A stretch of DNA of 64,000 bases, taken from the NCBI GenBank assembly GCA_030583865.1, contig CP129479.1:196744-260743 (forward strand). The letters run 5' to 3'. Within the stretch, counting starts at the first letter, position 1. Each line of letters opens with the position of its first letter. Source of the stretch: Thermodesulfobacteriota bacterium (GTDB lineage: Bacteria > Desulfobacterota > GWC2-55-46). Shown here piece after piece: positions 50,711-60,029 of the stretch. The notes under the pieces were generated by a model. It was not told the DNA's origin. It saw nothing but the letters and a program-made list of their open reading frames with translations, and made no database searches. The position numbers and the translations under genes are program-made.

Positions 50711-50896
50711 ATGGAATGTCCGTATCTGGAAAAGGGGAGGGTGGCCTTGTGCGGCGCGTCGATAACCATGATGGTCCCCTCGATCGAAGAGGAGAAGGCC
50801 TGGTGCAGCACCGAAGACCACTACCGCTGCCCGATGCTCGTAAGCCATGTGTTGAGGTCAGGAATAAGGAAAGAGCGCGTAAAGAGGACAGCTTAA
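50711..50896 (+). CDS. Small Cys4 protein (61 aa), paralog of ORF 47442..47621
   Basis: RBS AGGAGAAAAGAG present. Shared Cys4 spacing and MVPS motif. Confidence 0.55.
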   Translation: MECPYLEKGRVALCGASITMMVPSIEEEKAWCSTEDHYRCPMLVSHVLRSGIRKERVKRTA

Positions 50897-50940
50897 CAAA
50901 TCCCCGCAGGGGCATATCAATAAGGAGGACGTACAAACAG

Positions 50941-52131
50941 ATGAAGAGGAAACTTATCTGGACTCTCGCTTTCGCAACTCTCGGTGCCTGCCTGATATCA
51001 GGTGCCGCGGCCCCGGCCCACGCGGAGTACATATTCGGCGACGAGACAAAGGGAGTGAAAATCACGCAGAACGAATCCGACCTGAACATAAGGCTCAGGC
51101 TTCAGCCCAGGTTCGATTTCGGGGACACCATCAAGTCGAAGGACGGCAGCTCCTACGCGAGCGAGAGCGACCTGTATCTGAGGAGGGTGCGCCTTGAGCT
51201 CGGCGGGAATCTCCTTGCCAAGACCCTTAGCTACAACGTCACTCTCAGCGCCGACAAGTGGGACGCCGCCGGGGGCTCCAACGCCAACGTAAGCCTTTTA
51301 TACGCCTACGTGAGGTGGCACGCTGACGACGCGGTAGCCCTGACCGCAGGCAAGGAGAAGCTCCCCTATTCGAGGGTCTCGCTTGCGTCCTCCGCAAGGC
51401 AGCTCCTTGTAGAGAGGCCGGTATCCACAGAAGCCGCAAAGAAGGTATTCGGCAAGACCGACGCCTACTACCAGCCGAAGCTTGCGGCGTCCGGCAAGCT
51501 CGCCGAGGGCGTTTTCGCGTACGAGGCGGCGGTCGCGGACGGCTGGCAGAACGGGGATGCGATACAGACCGGCAGGACCGTCTTCAAGGCAAGCCCGCTC
51601 TACGCGGCAAGGGTCGAGCTCTCGCCGCCTGGATGGGTCGAGAAGTCGAGGAGCGATGCCCACCTCGGCAAGGGGCGGCACCTGACCTTCGGCGCGAACG
51701 TCGTCAACCAGGGCGGCATAGAATACAAGGAAAACGGGTTTGAGGAGGACAGGACTCTCCTCGGCTTCGACATATCGGGCCACCTGAACGGGCTTACCGC
51801 CCAGTTCGAGTACAACGCGTGGGAGGTCGACTCGACCGACCCTGCCGTCGGGACAAGCAAACCCAGGGGCTGGTACGCGCAGGCAGGCTACTTCATAGAC
51901 GGACCGAATATCGAGCCCGTTGCCAGGTACGAGGTCTATGACCAGAACTCGAACGCCGCGGACAAGGATGAGAAGGTAACGACCCTTGGTGTCAACTGGT
52001 ACGGCAAGGGGCACAGCCTGAAGGTAGGGGCGAACTGGGTGCGTCACGAGTACGGCGGGAACGCGAGCGGCAAGCTTGCCAACGCCGACTCCAAGGACCT
52101 TTTCCAGGTGCAGGCCCAGATGTACTTCTAA
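50941..52131 (+). CDS. oprP: Phosphate-selective porin O/P
   Basis: Signal peptide present. Porin_O_P-type beta-barrel ending in F. RBS GGAGGA upstream. Confidence 0.8.
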   Translation: MKRKLIWTLAFATLGACLISGAAAPAHAEYIFGDETKGVKITQNESDLNIRLRLQPRFDFGDTIKSKDGSSYASESDLYLRRVRLELGGNLLAKTLSYNVTLSADKWDAAGGSNANVSLLYAYVRWHADDAVALTAGKEKLPYSRVSLASSARQLLVERPVSTEAAKKVFGKTDAYYQPKLAASGKLAEGVFAYEAAVADGWQNGDAIQTGRTVFKASPLYAARVELSPPGWVEKSRSDAHLGKGRHLTFGANVVNQGGIEYKENGFEEDRTLLGFDISGHLNGLTAQFEYNAWEVDSTDPAVGTSKPRGWYAQAGYFIDGPNIEPVARYEVYDQNSNAADKDEKVTTLGVNWYGKGHSLKVGANWVRHEYGGNASGKLANADSKDLFQVQAQMYF

Positions 52132-52288
52132 CAGGTTGCTGAAAAAGTCCATCTGCGTCGAAGGCTACGTACTTGATACTCCGGCGTACAGGGAAAGTAC
52201 GCCTCATCCTCGCTCCCCTGTTCCAATAAGGCCTCGCATCTGAAGTTTTTTCGGGAGCCTGAATAAACGAAGTTTTTAGCAAGCTAAA
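52132..52288 (+). repeat. Repeat family A, copy 3
   Basis: Starts 1 nt after the porin stop: CAGGTTGCTGAAAAAGTC...CGGCGTACAGGGAAAGTACGCCTCATCCTCGCTCCCC.... Confidence 0.85.
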
Positions 52289-52301
52289 AGTGATTTCAAA
52301 G

Positions 52302-52392
52302 TTTACAGGGCCGCAGACACCCTGTAAATACCCGCGAAAAAGTTGCGGGGCTTTTCATCCGGCAGGGCGGGAGCGTCCACCCTCCCGCCCTG
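52302..52392 (+). promoter_or_regulatory. Structured pstS leader: palindrome TTTACAGGG-N9-CCCTGTAAA followed by two GC hairpins
   Basis: Perfect 9-bp inverted repeat at 52302..52328. Hairpins CCCGC...GCGGG (52331..52350) and CAGGGCGGGAG...CTCCCGCCCTG (52363..52392). Confidence 0.4.
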
Positions 52393-52417
52393 CAAAAAAA
52401 ACGACCAAGGAGAAGAT

Positions 52418-53461
52418 ATGAGAAAGGCGATGATCCTTACCGTCATATGCGCGGCGCTTGCCCTGCTGGCCGGAAATGCGCGGGCTGAGGCGCTCATAAA
52501 CGGCGCGGGCGCGACCTTCCCGTACCCGCTCTATTCGAAGTGGGTCTACGAGTACGGGAAGATAACCGGCGCGAAGATCAACTACCAGTCCATAGGGAGC
52601 GGCAGCGGCATAAGGCAGATAAAGGCCAAGACCGTGGATTTCGGCGCATCCGACGCGCCGCTTGAGTTTAAGGACCTGGAGGAATCGGGCCTCATGCAGT
52701 TCCCGGCGGCGGTTGGCGGGGTGGTGCCGGTAGTGAACATCAAGGGCATCGCGCCCGGCGATCTCAAGCTCACCCCGGGCGTGCTGGCCGACATCTATCT
52801 CGGGAAGATAGAGAGATGGGACGACAAGGCCATACAGGCACTTAATCCCGGGCTTAAGCTGCCGTCGGATTCCATAACCGTCGTCCGCCGCTCTGACGGG
52901 AGCGGCACTACATGGATATTCACCAATTACCTCAGCAAGGTGAGCGCGGAGTGGAAAGACAAGGTCGGCTTCGGCACGGCGGTCAACTGGCCGGCAGGCG
53001 TCGGCGGCAAGGGAAACGAGGGCGTCGCGAATTACGTCAAGAGGATAAAGAACACCATCGGCTACGTGGAGCTTGTGTACGCGCTCCAGAACAAGCTCAC
53101 CTACACGAGCCTCCAGAACAGGGAAAAGGCGTTTGTACAGCCGTCAAAGGAGAGCTTCATGGCCGCGGCATCCGGGGCGGACTGGAATGGCGCGCCAGGC
53201 TTTTCGGTTGTGCTCACCGACCAGCCCGGCAAGGACGCCTGGCCAATGGCCGGCGCGACCTTCATACTGGTCCACAAAAACCCGCAGAACTGCGGCAACA
53301 CCAGGGCGGTCCTCGAGTTTTTCGACTGGGCCTACCAGAACGGCGCGGAGATGGCCACGGCGCTTGATTACGTGCCCATCCCCAAAAACGTTTACTCGAT
53401 AGTGGAGGATGCCTGGGCGAGCCAGATAGCCTGCAACGGCGAGCCGGTCTGGAAGAAGTAA
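52418..53461 (+). CDS. pstS: Phosphate ABC transporter substrate-binding protein
   Basis: Signal peptide and PstS fold motifs. RBS AAGGAGAAG upstream. Confidence 0.9.
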   Translation: MRKAMILTVICAALALLAGNARAEALINGAGATFPYPLYSKWVYEYGKITGAKINYQSIGSGSGIRQIKAKTVDFGASDAPLEFKDLEESGLMQFPAAVGGVVPVVNIKGIAPGDLKLTPGVLADIYLGKIERWDDKAIQALNPGLKLPSDSITVVRRSDGSGTTWIFTNYLSKVSAEWKDKVGFGTAVNWPAGVGGKGNEGVANYVKRIKNTIGYVELVYALQNKLTYTSLQNREKAFVQPSKESFMAAASGADWNGAPGFSVVLTDQPGKDAWPMAGATFILVHKNPQNCGNTRAVLEFFDWAYQNGAEMATALDYVPIPKNVYSIVEDAWASQIACNGEPVWKK

Positions 53462-53485
53462 AATCCATCTGAAATATCCGGTATA

Positions 53486-53518
53486 AGAAAGCCGCCCTGC
53501 AAGGGGCGGCTTTCTTAT
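53486..53518 (+). terminator. Rho-independent terminator (AAAGCCGCCC-loop-GGGGCGGCTTT)
   Basis: GC stem followed by TTTCTTATT after pstS. Confidence 0.75.
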
Positions 53519-53575
53519 TGGAATCTCAACCGGCCCGTAACATTACCTTAACAATAGCGGAATAGAATCGAGCAT

Positions 53576-54256
53576 ATGAGACAGACCATACTCGCGGTAG
53601 ACGACGAAACCGATATACTTAAGCTCCTCAGGTATAACCTTTCCAACGCCGGGTATGGTTTCCTGGAAGCCGAGGACGGGCCCGAAGCCCTGGAGCTTTC
53701 CAGAAAGTCCTCTCCCGACCTGATACTTCTTGACGTGATGCTCCCGAACATGGACGGTAATGAGGTGCTCAAGCGGCTGAAGGCGGCCCCGGACACAAAG
53801 GGCATACCCGTTATCATGCTCACGGCCAAGGGAGAGGAGATAGACAGGGTGCTGGGCCTTGAGCTGGGCGCCGACGATTACATCGTGAAGCCATTCAGCC
53901 CGAGGGAGCTATTGCTGAGGGTAAGGGCGGTCATGAGAAAGGGGCAGGACGCCGCGCCGAAGGTAGCGGGCGCCGGGCCGCTTTCCATGGATACCGAAAG
54001 GTTCGCCGCGTTCGCGGACGGAAAAAGGCTCGACCTCACCGCTGCCGAGTTCAGGCTTTTATTGGCGCTCGTGGATTCAAAGGGCAGAATACTCGGAAGG
54101 CAGGCGCTTATCCGGCGCATTGGAACTGATGAGGCCGCCGCAGGCTCGCGGACCATAGACACGCACGTAAGGAACCTCAGAATGAAGCTCGGTGCGTACG
54201 CTGGGCTTATCGAAACCGTAAGGGGGTTGGGCTACAGATTTACAGGAGGCGAGTAG
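53576..54256 (+). CDS. phoB: Phosphate regulon response regulator (OmpR family)
   Basis: Receiver domain plus winged-helix domain (TIDTHVRNLR...GLGYRF). Confidence 0.85.
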   Translation: MRQTILAVDDETDILKLLRYNLSNAGYGFLEAEDGPEALELSRKSSPDLILLDVMLPNMDGNEVLKRLKAAPDTKGIPVIMLTAKGEEIDRVLGLELGADDYIVKPFSPRELLLRVRAVMRKGQDAAPKVAGAGPLSMDTERFAAFADGKRLDLTAAEFRLLLALVDSKGRILGRQALIRRIGTDEAAAGSRTIDTHVRNLRMKLGAYAGLIETVRGLGYRFTGGE

Positions 54257-54294
54257 GCATTAGAAAAAACGGCGCGGAAGGAATGCCGGTCGCC

Positions 54295-55365
54295 TCAGGA
54301 ATAGGGAGCCCTTAGCTTCAGGTCTGAAGCTTCGGCCCCGAAGAGCCGTTTTCTAAAGTAAACGGACACATTCACAAGGGCCATCATTACCGGCACCTCG
54401 ACCAGCGGGCCGATGATCGCGGCGAAAGCCGCCTCGGAGTGGATCCCGAAGGTGGCGATCGCCACGGCTATTGCCAGCTCGAAATTATTGGAGGCCGCGG
54501 TAAAGGCCACTGTAGCGGTCCTTGGGTAATCCGCTCCGACCCGCCTCCCCATCCAAAAACTCACCAAGAACATGACGACGAAATAGACGAGGAGCGGCAG
54601 GGCTATGAGCGCGGCATCGAGAGGTATCCTCATGACTTCCCCGCCCTTCAGGCTGAACATCACGACAATCGTGAAGAGGAGGGCCGTAAGGGTCAGGGGG
54701 CTTATCTTGGGGATGAACGAGCCCTCGTACCAGTCGCGCCCTTTGAGCCTTACGAGAACGAGCCTGGTAACCATGCCGGAAAAGAAAGGTATGCCGAGGT
54801 ATATGAGGACGCTCTCCGCGATTTCCGGCATGCCTATGTTGACGACCGCGCCTTCCGCGCCCAGAAGCGGAGGGAGGAGTGTTATGAAGAACCAGGCGTA
54901 GAGGCTGTAAAAGACTATCTGGAAGAGGCTGTTCACGGCCACTATGCCCGCAGCGTACTCCGAATCGCCTCCGGCGAGGTTGTTCCAGACTATGACCATT
55001 GCGATGCAGCGCGCAAGCCCCACGAGTATGAGGCCGGCCATGTACCCCGGGTGGTTTCCGAGGAAGAGGAGGGCCAGTCCGAACATGAGCGCCGGGCCGA
55101 TAAGCCAGTTCTGCGTAAGCGACAGGGCGAGTATCTTCCAGTCCCTGAAGACCTTGCCGAGCTCCTCGTAACGGACCTTCGCAAGAGGCGGGTACATCAT
55201 GAGTACGAGGCCTATTGCTATGGGTATGTTGGTCGTGCCGCTCCCGAGCGAGTCTATGAAGACCGAAAGCGCGGGGAATGCCCAGCCCGCCAGAACGCCC
55301 GCGCCCATGGCCAGGAGCACCCAGGCGGTCAGGAACCTGTCGATGAAAGAAAGCCTTGCCGTCAA
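54295..55365 (-). CDS. acr3: Arsenite efflux transporter, ACR3 family
   Basis: 10-TM protein with ACR3-family N-terminal motifs. Confidence 0.85.
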   Translation of the reverse strand: MTARLSFIDRFLTAWVLLAMGAGVLAGWAFPALSVFIDSLGSGTTNIPIAIGLVLMMYPPLAKVRYEELGKVFRDWKILALSLTQNWLIGPALMFGLALLFLGNHPGYMAGLILVGLARCIAMVIVWNNLAGGDSEYAAGIVAVNSLFQIVFYSLYAWFFITLLPPLLGAEGAVVNIGMPEIAESVLIYLGIPFFSGMVTRLVLVRLKGRDWYEGSFIPKISPLTLTALLFTIVVMFSLKGGEVMRIPLDAALIALPLLVYFVVMFLVSFWMGRRVGADYPRTATVAFTAASNNFELAIAVAIATFGIHSEAAFAAIIGPLVEVPVMMALVNVSVYFRKRLFGAEASDLKLRAPYS

Positions 55366-55794
55366 TTACGAACCCTTTTCGAGTATCTCGGGCAGTCTCT
55401 TTATGAATTCCCGTATCTCGTCCCTGACCCTTCGGTAATGCGCAATGGCCTCTTCGCGGCTCCTTGCGCTTTTTGCTAGACCTGGCGGGTCGTCAAAGCC
55501 CGCGTGCACTACCTTCGGCGCGCCGGGGAAAAGGGGGCAGTTCTCGTCTGCATCCGAGCAGACAGTTATCACAAGGTCGAAATGCCTTCCATTCACGGCA
55601 TCCAGGCCCTTCGAGGCCTGGCCGCTTATGTCCACGCCGGCCTCCTGCATGGCCCCTACCGCGAGAGGGTCGAGCCCCTTGGGCCTTGTGCCAGCGGATT
55701 CGGCCTCAATGCGTCCGGCCCAGAAGTGGCGCGCCCAGCCCTCGGCCATCTGGCTCCTGCACGAGTTCCCGGTGCAGAGAAAGAGCACCCTCAT
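55366..55794 (-). CDS. arsC: Arsenate reductase, LMW-PTP type (thioredoxin-coupled)
   Basis: CTGNSCRS P-loop. Its ATG overlaps the arsR stop (ATGA). Confidence 0.85.
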   Translation of the reverse strand: MRVLFLCTGNSCRSQMAEGWARHFWAGRIEAESAGTRPKGLDPLAVGAMQEAGVDISGQASKGLDAVNGRHFDLVITVCSDADENCPLFPGAPKVVHAGFDDPPGLAKSARSREEAIAHYRRVRDEIREFIKRLPEILEKGS

Positions 55795-56156
55795 TTTTTC
55801 GCCTGTGTCCTGCAAAGCTCCTCCTTTGAGACCCCGGTGATCTTTTTGAGGCTCAGCAAATCCCTCGTAACGGAACTGTCTGCCTCGAGCGCCTCCCTGA
55901 CCCACTTCAGGGCCTTCCGCGCCGAGGGAGAGGCGTCCCGGCCCGCGAGCCTGAAGTACACCCAGCGGCCGTCCTTCCGGGAGCTTATGAGGCCGGCCTG
56001 ATGGAGCACGCTGAGATGTTTGGAGACCGTGGAGGGCGCAAGCCCGAGGAGGCCGACTATCTGGCAAACGCAGAGCTCGCCGCCTGAAAGGGCCATAATG
56101 GCCCGGAGCCTTGCCTTATCCGAAAGAGCCCTTGCTATGGAGACCGTCTCGTTCAT
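55791..56156 (-). CDS. arsR: ArsR-family metalloregulator
   Basis: ELCVCQI metal-binding motif within the HTH region. Confidence 0.85.
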   Translation of the reverse strand: MNETVSIARALSDKARLRAIMALSGGELCVCQIVGLLGLAPSTVSKHLSVLHQAGLISSRKDGRWVYFRLAGRDASPSARKALKWVREALEADSSVTRDLLSLKKITGVSKEELCRTQAKK

Positions 56157-56359
56157 TCATAATACTATAATTCGCCACATGACGAATTGTCAAGGGCTAT
56201 TGCGCAGGCATGGGCCGTGTGCCGGACAGGCGCATTTCAGGAAGGGTTCCCGCCCGTTAAAAGCACGGGACGCTTATCTGCCCCTTTTCAGAAAATGAAT
56301 GATCTATTCGGAATGCTCGGGATATGGAGGCAGGCTGGAGCCTTTGGGAAGGATGTAGG

Positions 56360-56758
56360 TTATTTGCCCGGGCCGGAGACCGTCTCGCCCCCGGCTTTAA
56401 TCCAGGCGTTTATGCCGCCCTCAAGGTCGCGTACTCCCTTGTTGCCTTTCCAGCCGAGGATGCCGCGGGCCGTCTGGCTCCTCTTGCCGGAGCGGCAGTA
56501 GAGGATTACCTGGCCGTCCTCGGGGAGGGGCTCTGCGTTCTCCAGGGTATCCAGCGGCATAAGGACGCTCCCCGGGATGTGCGATTCCGCGTGCTCCTGC
56601 GGGGTGCGGACGTCTATCAGTATCACGCGCTCCCCTCTCTCCATCATGGCCTTCAATTCCCCGGCAGTCACCCTGGCCGGGTCAGCCGCGATTGATACCG
56701 ACGCGAAGCAGGCGATAAGGAACGCGAGGGGGATAGCCGTAAAAAGCAGGTTACGCAT
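56360..56758 (-). CDS. Periplasmic single-domain rhodanese (sulfurtransferase)
   Basis: Signal peptide present. Active-site loop CRSGKRS. Confidence 0.8.
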   Translation of the reverse strand: MRNLLFTAIPLAFLIACFASVSIAADPARVTAGELKAMMERGERVILIDVRTPQEHAESHIPGSVLMPLDTLENAEPLPEDGQVILYCRSGKRSQTARGILGWKGNKGVRDLEGGINAWIKAGGETVSGPGK

Positions 56759-56802
56759 GGCCGCATTATACCAGTTCAGGCCCTGCGGGCAAAGTGTTTT
56801 TT

Positions 56803-56945
56803 GGCAACCTCTAAAAATTGATCTTTTCCCCGGACCCTGGGTAGTTACGGGAATAAAAATGCTCACATATTACTCATATATGCTCCGCTTTTTATTCCCG
56901 GCCTTCCTTGATTGCGGGAAAAATCTCTAATTTTTAGAGGTTGCC
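56803..56945 (+). repeat. Repeat family B, copy 4
   Basis: TGGCAACCTCTAAAAATTGATC...TTTTTAGAGGTTGCC. Lies between the permease stop and the rhodanese start. Confidence 0.9.
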
Positions 56946-56947
56946 TT

Positions 56948-57760
56948 TTATCGGGAAAAGGCCTTGCCGCCAGCGCCTGAAAAGAGCCTCAGGGCGAGGA
57001 GCGCGAAGAACAAGACGCTCAGGGAGGCCACTATGAGAGGGGCCGCCGGCAGGTCGAAGGAATAGGAGAGGATGAGCCCCGAAAGGCTCGCCGCCACGCC
57101 AAGGGCCCAGCCCAGGAGCAGCTGCCATTTGAGCCTGCCTGTTAAAAGCTTTCCTGTGAGCACCGGTATCACCAGGAAAGCGAAGACCTGAAGCACCCCG
57201 GCCATCTGAACGGATTTTACGAGAACGAGCGCGAAGCTCAGGAAGAAAAGGAACTCCCAGGCACCGCCGCCCCGTCCCTCGAAAGAGAGCGAAAGGAACT
57301 TCCTCCTGAACGCGAACTGGAAGAGCCCTATCCCGGAATAGAGCGCGAAGGCCGCGAAAAGCTCACCGGGCGCGACCCACAGTATGCTGCCGTTCAGTAT
57401 GGCCTTGAACTCTTCCATGCCGTGAGGCGTCCTGTCGAGGACGAGCATGCTCGCCGAGAGTGAAAAGATGTAGAGGACGCCTATGAAGGCTTCGATATTG
57501 GCAACCCTCGATATCGTCCTTGAGAAAGAAAGTATGAAGGCCCCCAGCACCGCGAAGCCCAGTGAAAAGGCCGCGCCGCTCCATTCGCCCCATCCCAGAA
57601 AGAACGAGAGCGCGGTCCCGAGCCCGATGAACTGGGCGAGCGAGAGGTCCACGAAAATTATCCCCCTCCGGAGCACATGCACCCCGAAGTAAGCGTGCGC
57701 GATTACGAGGAGCACGCACGCCAGGAAAGGGAAAAGGAGTATGCCGAGGGCCTCCATCAC
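56948..57760 (-). CDS. Metal (Zn/Mn-type) ABC transporter permease, ABC-3 family
   Basis: 270 aa with 8-9 TM segments and a ZnuB-like pattern. Confidence 0.75.
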   Translation of the reverse strand: MMEALGILLFPFLACVLLVIAHAYFGVHVLRRGIIFVDLSLAQFIGLGTALSFFLGWGEWSGAAFSLGFAVLGAFILSFSRTISRVANIEAFIGVLYIFSLSASMLVLDRTPHGMEEFKAILNGSILWVAPGELFAAFALYSGIGLFQFAFRRKFLSLSFEGRGGGAWEFLFFLSFALVLVKSVQMAGVLQVFAFLVIPVLTGKLLTGRLKWQLLLGWALGVAASLSGLILSYSFDLPAAPLIVASLSVLFFALLALRLFSGAGGKAFSR

Positions 57761-57762
57761 CT

Positions 57763-58653
57763 TTAATCTCCGCTTAAATCCTTAACCACCCTGTCCATGA
57801 GGCCGAACCAGTCGTCTATGCCTTTCTGGCTCCCGACCTCGTGGGGCAGGACTATCGCTTTCACGCCGGTCCTCTTCGAGAGGAAGCCGAGGGCCTTGCC
57901 GCCGTGATAGGAGGTGGTAAGGATAGCGTCCGGCCTCTCTTTCGACATCGAATCCACAAGCTCCGCAATGTGCCCGGAGGAGGGCGGGATGCCTGGCCGC
58001 TGCTCTATGTAGCCGGTTATCCTGAAACCGAGGTCCGCCGCCAGGTACTCGAAGAACCTGTGGAAAGCCACATAGCTTTTGCCCTTGAGCCTTCCATCCC
58101 ATTCCTTCCTCCTCTCGGCGAGTTTTTTCTCGAAAGAGGCGAGGTTGGCCATGTAAAGGCCCCCGCTGCCGCTGTCGAGCGCCGAGAGGGCCTCTGCGAT
58201 GCCCCTGGCGACCCTGCCCATTTGAGAGGCCGAGAGGTGGTAATGCGGGTTGCCGAGCGGGTGCACGTCACCCTGGCTCCTGTCGACCCGCTCCTGTATT
58301 TCTATTGGTTTGACGAATTTGGAGCAGTCCAGGTAGCCCGCCTTGCCCGGCTGGATACCGGGATTTCTCGACGACTCGATTATGACCGGAAGATAGCCGA
58401 TTTCCAGGTCCAGGCCGTTGAATATGACGATATCCGCTTTCCTTGCCGCGGCTATCATGCTCGGCCTGGCCTCGATGTAATGCGGGTCCTGGTTCGGTTT
58501 TACGAGCACGGTAACGGTGACCCTGTCTCCGCCGATGTCCTTTGCGACGCTCCCTATCCATGGGAGCGTCGCAAGGACATTAAGCTCGGCGGCTAATGCC
58601 GGGCCTGAAAGGAAAAACATCGTGAAAACGGCCAAGAGAGCCCTTTTAAGCAC
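57763..58653 (-). CDS. Metal ABC transporter substrate-binding protein (ZnuA/TroA-like)
   Basis: Signal peptide. Cluster-9 SBP with His-containing metal-site motifs. Confidence 0.75.
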   Translation of the reverse strand: MLKRALLAVFTMFFLSGPALAAELNVLATLPWIGSVAKDIGGDRVTVTVLVKPNQDPHYIEARPSMIAAARKADIVIFNGLDLEIGYLPVIIESSRNPGIQPGKAGYLDCSKFVKPIEIQERVDRSQGDVHPLGNPHYHLSASQMGRVARGIAEALSALDSGSGGLYMANLASFEKKLAERRKEWDGRLKGKSYVAFHRFFEYLAADLGFRITGYIEQRPGIPPSSGHIAELVDSMSKERPDAILTTSYHGGKALGFLSKRTGVKAIVLPHEVGSQKGIDDWFGLMDRVVKDLSGD

Positions 58654-58663
58654 GTATTCCTCC

Positions 58664-59908
58664 TTAGAACTTGTGGGCTGAGTGGGCGCCTATGCCGAAT
58701 ATGGCCTGCAAAAAGACCTCGCGGTTCGTCTCTCCGCCGCTTAAGCTCCTGTCGTGGTTATACTGGAGCCTGAGCCTCGTGAACTCGGAGGGGTTGTATT
58801 CGATTGCGGCAGTCGCCCTCCAGGGGTCGTTCCCGAAGTCCACAGGCTCGCCGTCGAGGATGTATTTGTCCTTAAAGAGCCCGAGGCCGTCGTATCTCGC
58901 GCCCAGCCTCCATCTGTCGACCCGGTACACGGCCTGTACATAGTAGCCGTCCTGCTTTCTCTCCAGCCCCTCAAGAGTCAAAAGGTTTCCGTCGTCGTCG
59001 AATTCCGACAGGTCGCCGTCCTGGTCCCTGTAGAGGTATTCGGCCTGGAGTTTGAAGGCCCTTTTTTCCGAAGGCGTCAATTTATAGGTGAGCTCAAGGC
59101 CCCATAGGGTGGAATCGCCCTCGAACCCGGTGTTTTCCCCGATGGAGCCGGTATTGGTCTTGCCAAAGGCTACTGAAGGACCGAAAAGGAGCGTGGACTT
59201 CTCGTCAAGGTCAAGAGACGCCTTCGCGAAAGCCGCATAGGCGCGCGGGCCGGTCGCAGCGTCTTCCCGGAAAAGAACCTCGTTCTCTCCCTGGAGCGCC
59301 TCAAGCCCCAACTCCGCATAGAACGGCAGGGCCGGGAGGTATGTGACCTGGACGCCCTTTTCTATCAGGCCCTCGTCGCCTAAAAAGGCCCTGTAGGGAA
59401 GAGGGGAGTCGGCAAAGTCCCACTGGTGCCGGTGCTGGCCGTTGAGCCTGCCGAAGCCGCTCTTGAACTTGCCGCCCTTGAGCTGCAGTCCCGCCGAAAG
59501 CGCCGTGGTAACGAAGTAAGCCTCCTCGAGCTCCACCTCCTCTTCCGTCACGGGGATCGTGGCGTAGAGGTTGAAATACGGGTCGACCGGCGCGAAGAAG
59601 AAGAGCTCCGCCGATTCGAGGTTGAAGCCCTTCTTATGCTCGAACTCCTCGTGGATATAGCCGGAGATCTCCCGCTCCTCTATCTCCGAAGGCGAGAGGT
59701 TTGAGCCGTAGAAGAAGGTGTCGAGTATGAGCGAGATATTGGGGTTCATGAGCGCGGAACCCCCGAAGAGGCCGCTTGACGCGCGCGAGTCCTTTTCTTG
59801 CGATTTGAGCGCGTCCTCAAGGTTCTTTATCCGGGTCTCGATATCATCGGCGTATGCCGGAAATGCAAGAACCGCCATCAACATGAAAGAGAGCAGGTAT
59901 TTCAACAC
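58664..59908 (-). CDS. Outer-membrane beta-barrel protein associated with the metal-uptake locus
   Basis: Signal peptide present. Acidic, beta-rich sequence with a C-terminal F. Confidence 0.55.
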   Translation of the reverse strand: MLKYLLSFMLMAVLAFPAYADDIETRIKNLEDALKSQEKDSRASSGLFGGSALMNPNISLILDTFFYGSNLSPSEIEEREISGYIHEEFEHKKGFNLESAELFFFAPVDPYFNLYATIPVTEEEVELEEAYFVTTALSAGLQLKGGKFKSGFGRLNGQHRHQWDFADSPLPYRAFLGDEGLIEKGVQVTYLPALPFYAELGLEALQGENEVLFREDAATGPRAYAAFAKASLDLDEKSTLLFGPSVAFGKTNTGSIGENTGFEGDSTLWGLELTYKLTPSEKRAFKLQAEYLYRDQDGDLSEFDDDGNLLTLEGLERKQDGYYVQAVYRVDRWRLGARYDGLGLFKDKYILDGEPVDFGNDPWRATAAIEYNPSEFTRLRLQYNHDRSLSGGETNREVFLQAIFGIGAHSAHKF

Positions 59909-60029
59909 GTTATTCCTCCTCAGCAGGTGAAATAGATGTCCATAGACGGGAAAAGGCGGACGAGCCCGCGCGATTACGGATTACTTCCGCAGCCGGCTAT
60001 GGCGGTTATGTAGGTTCTCTGGCTGGATT

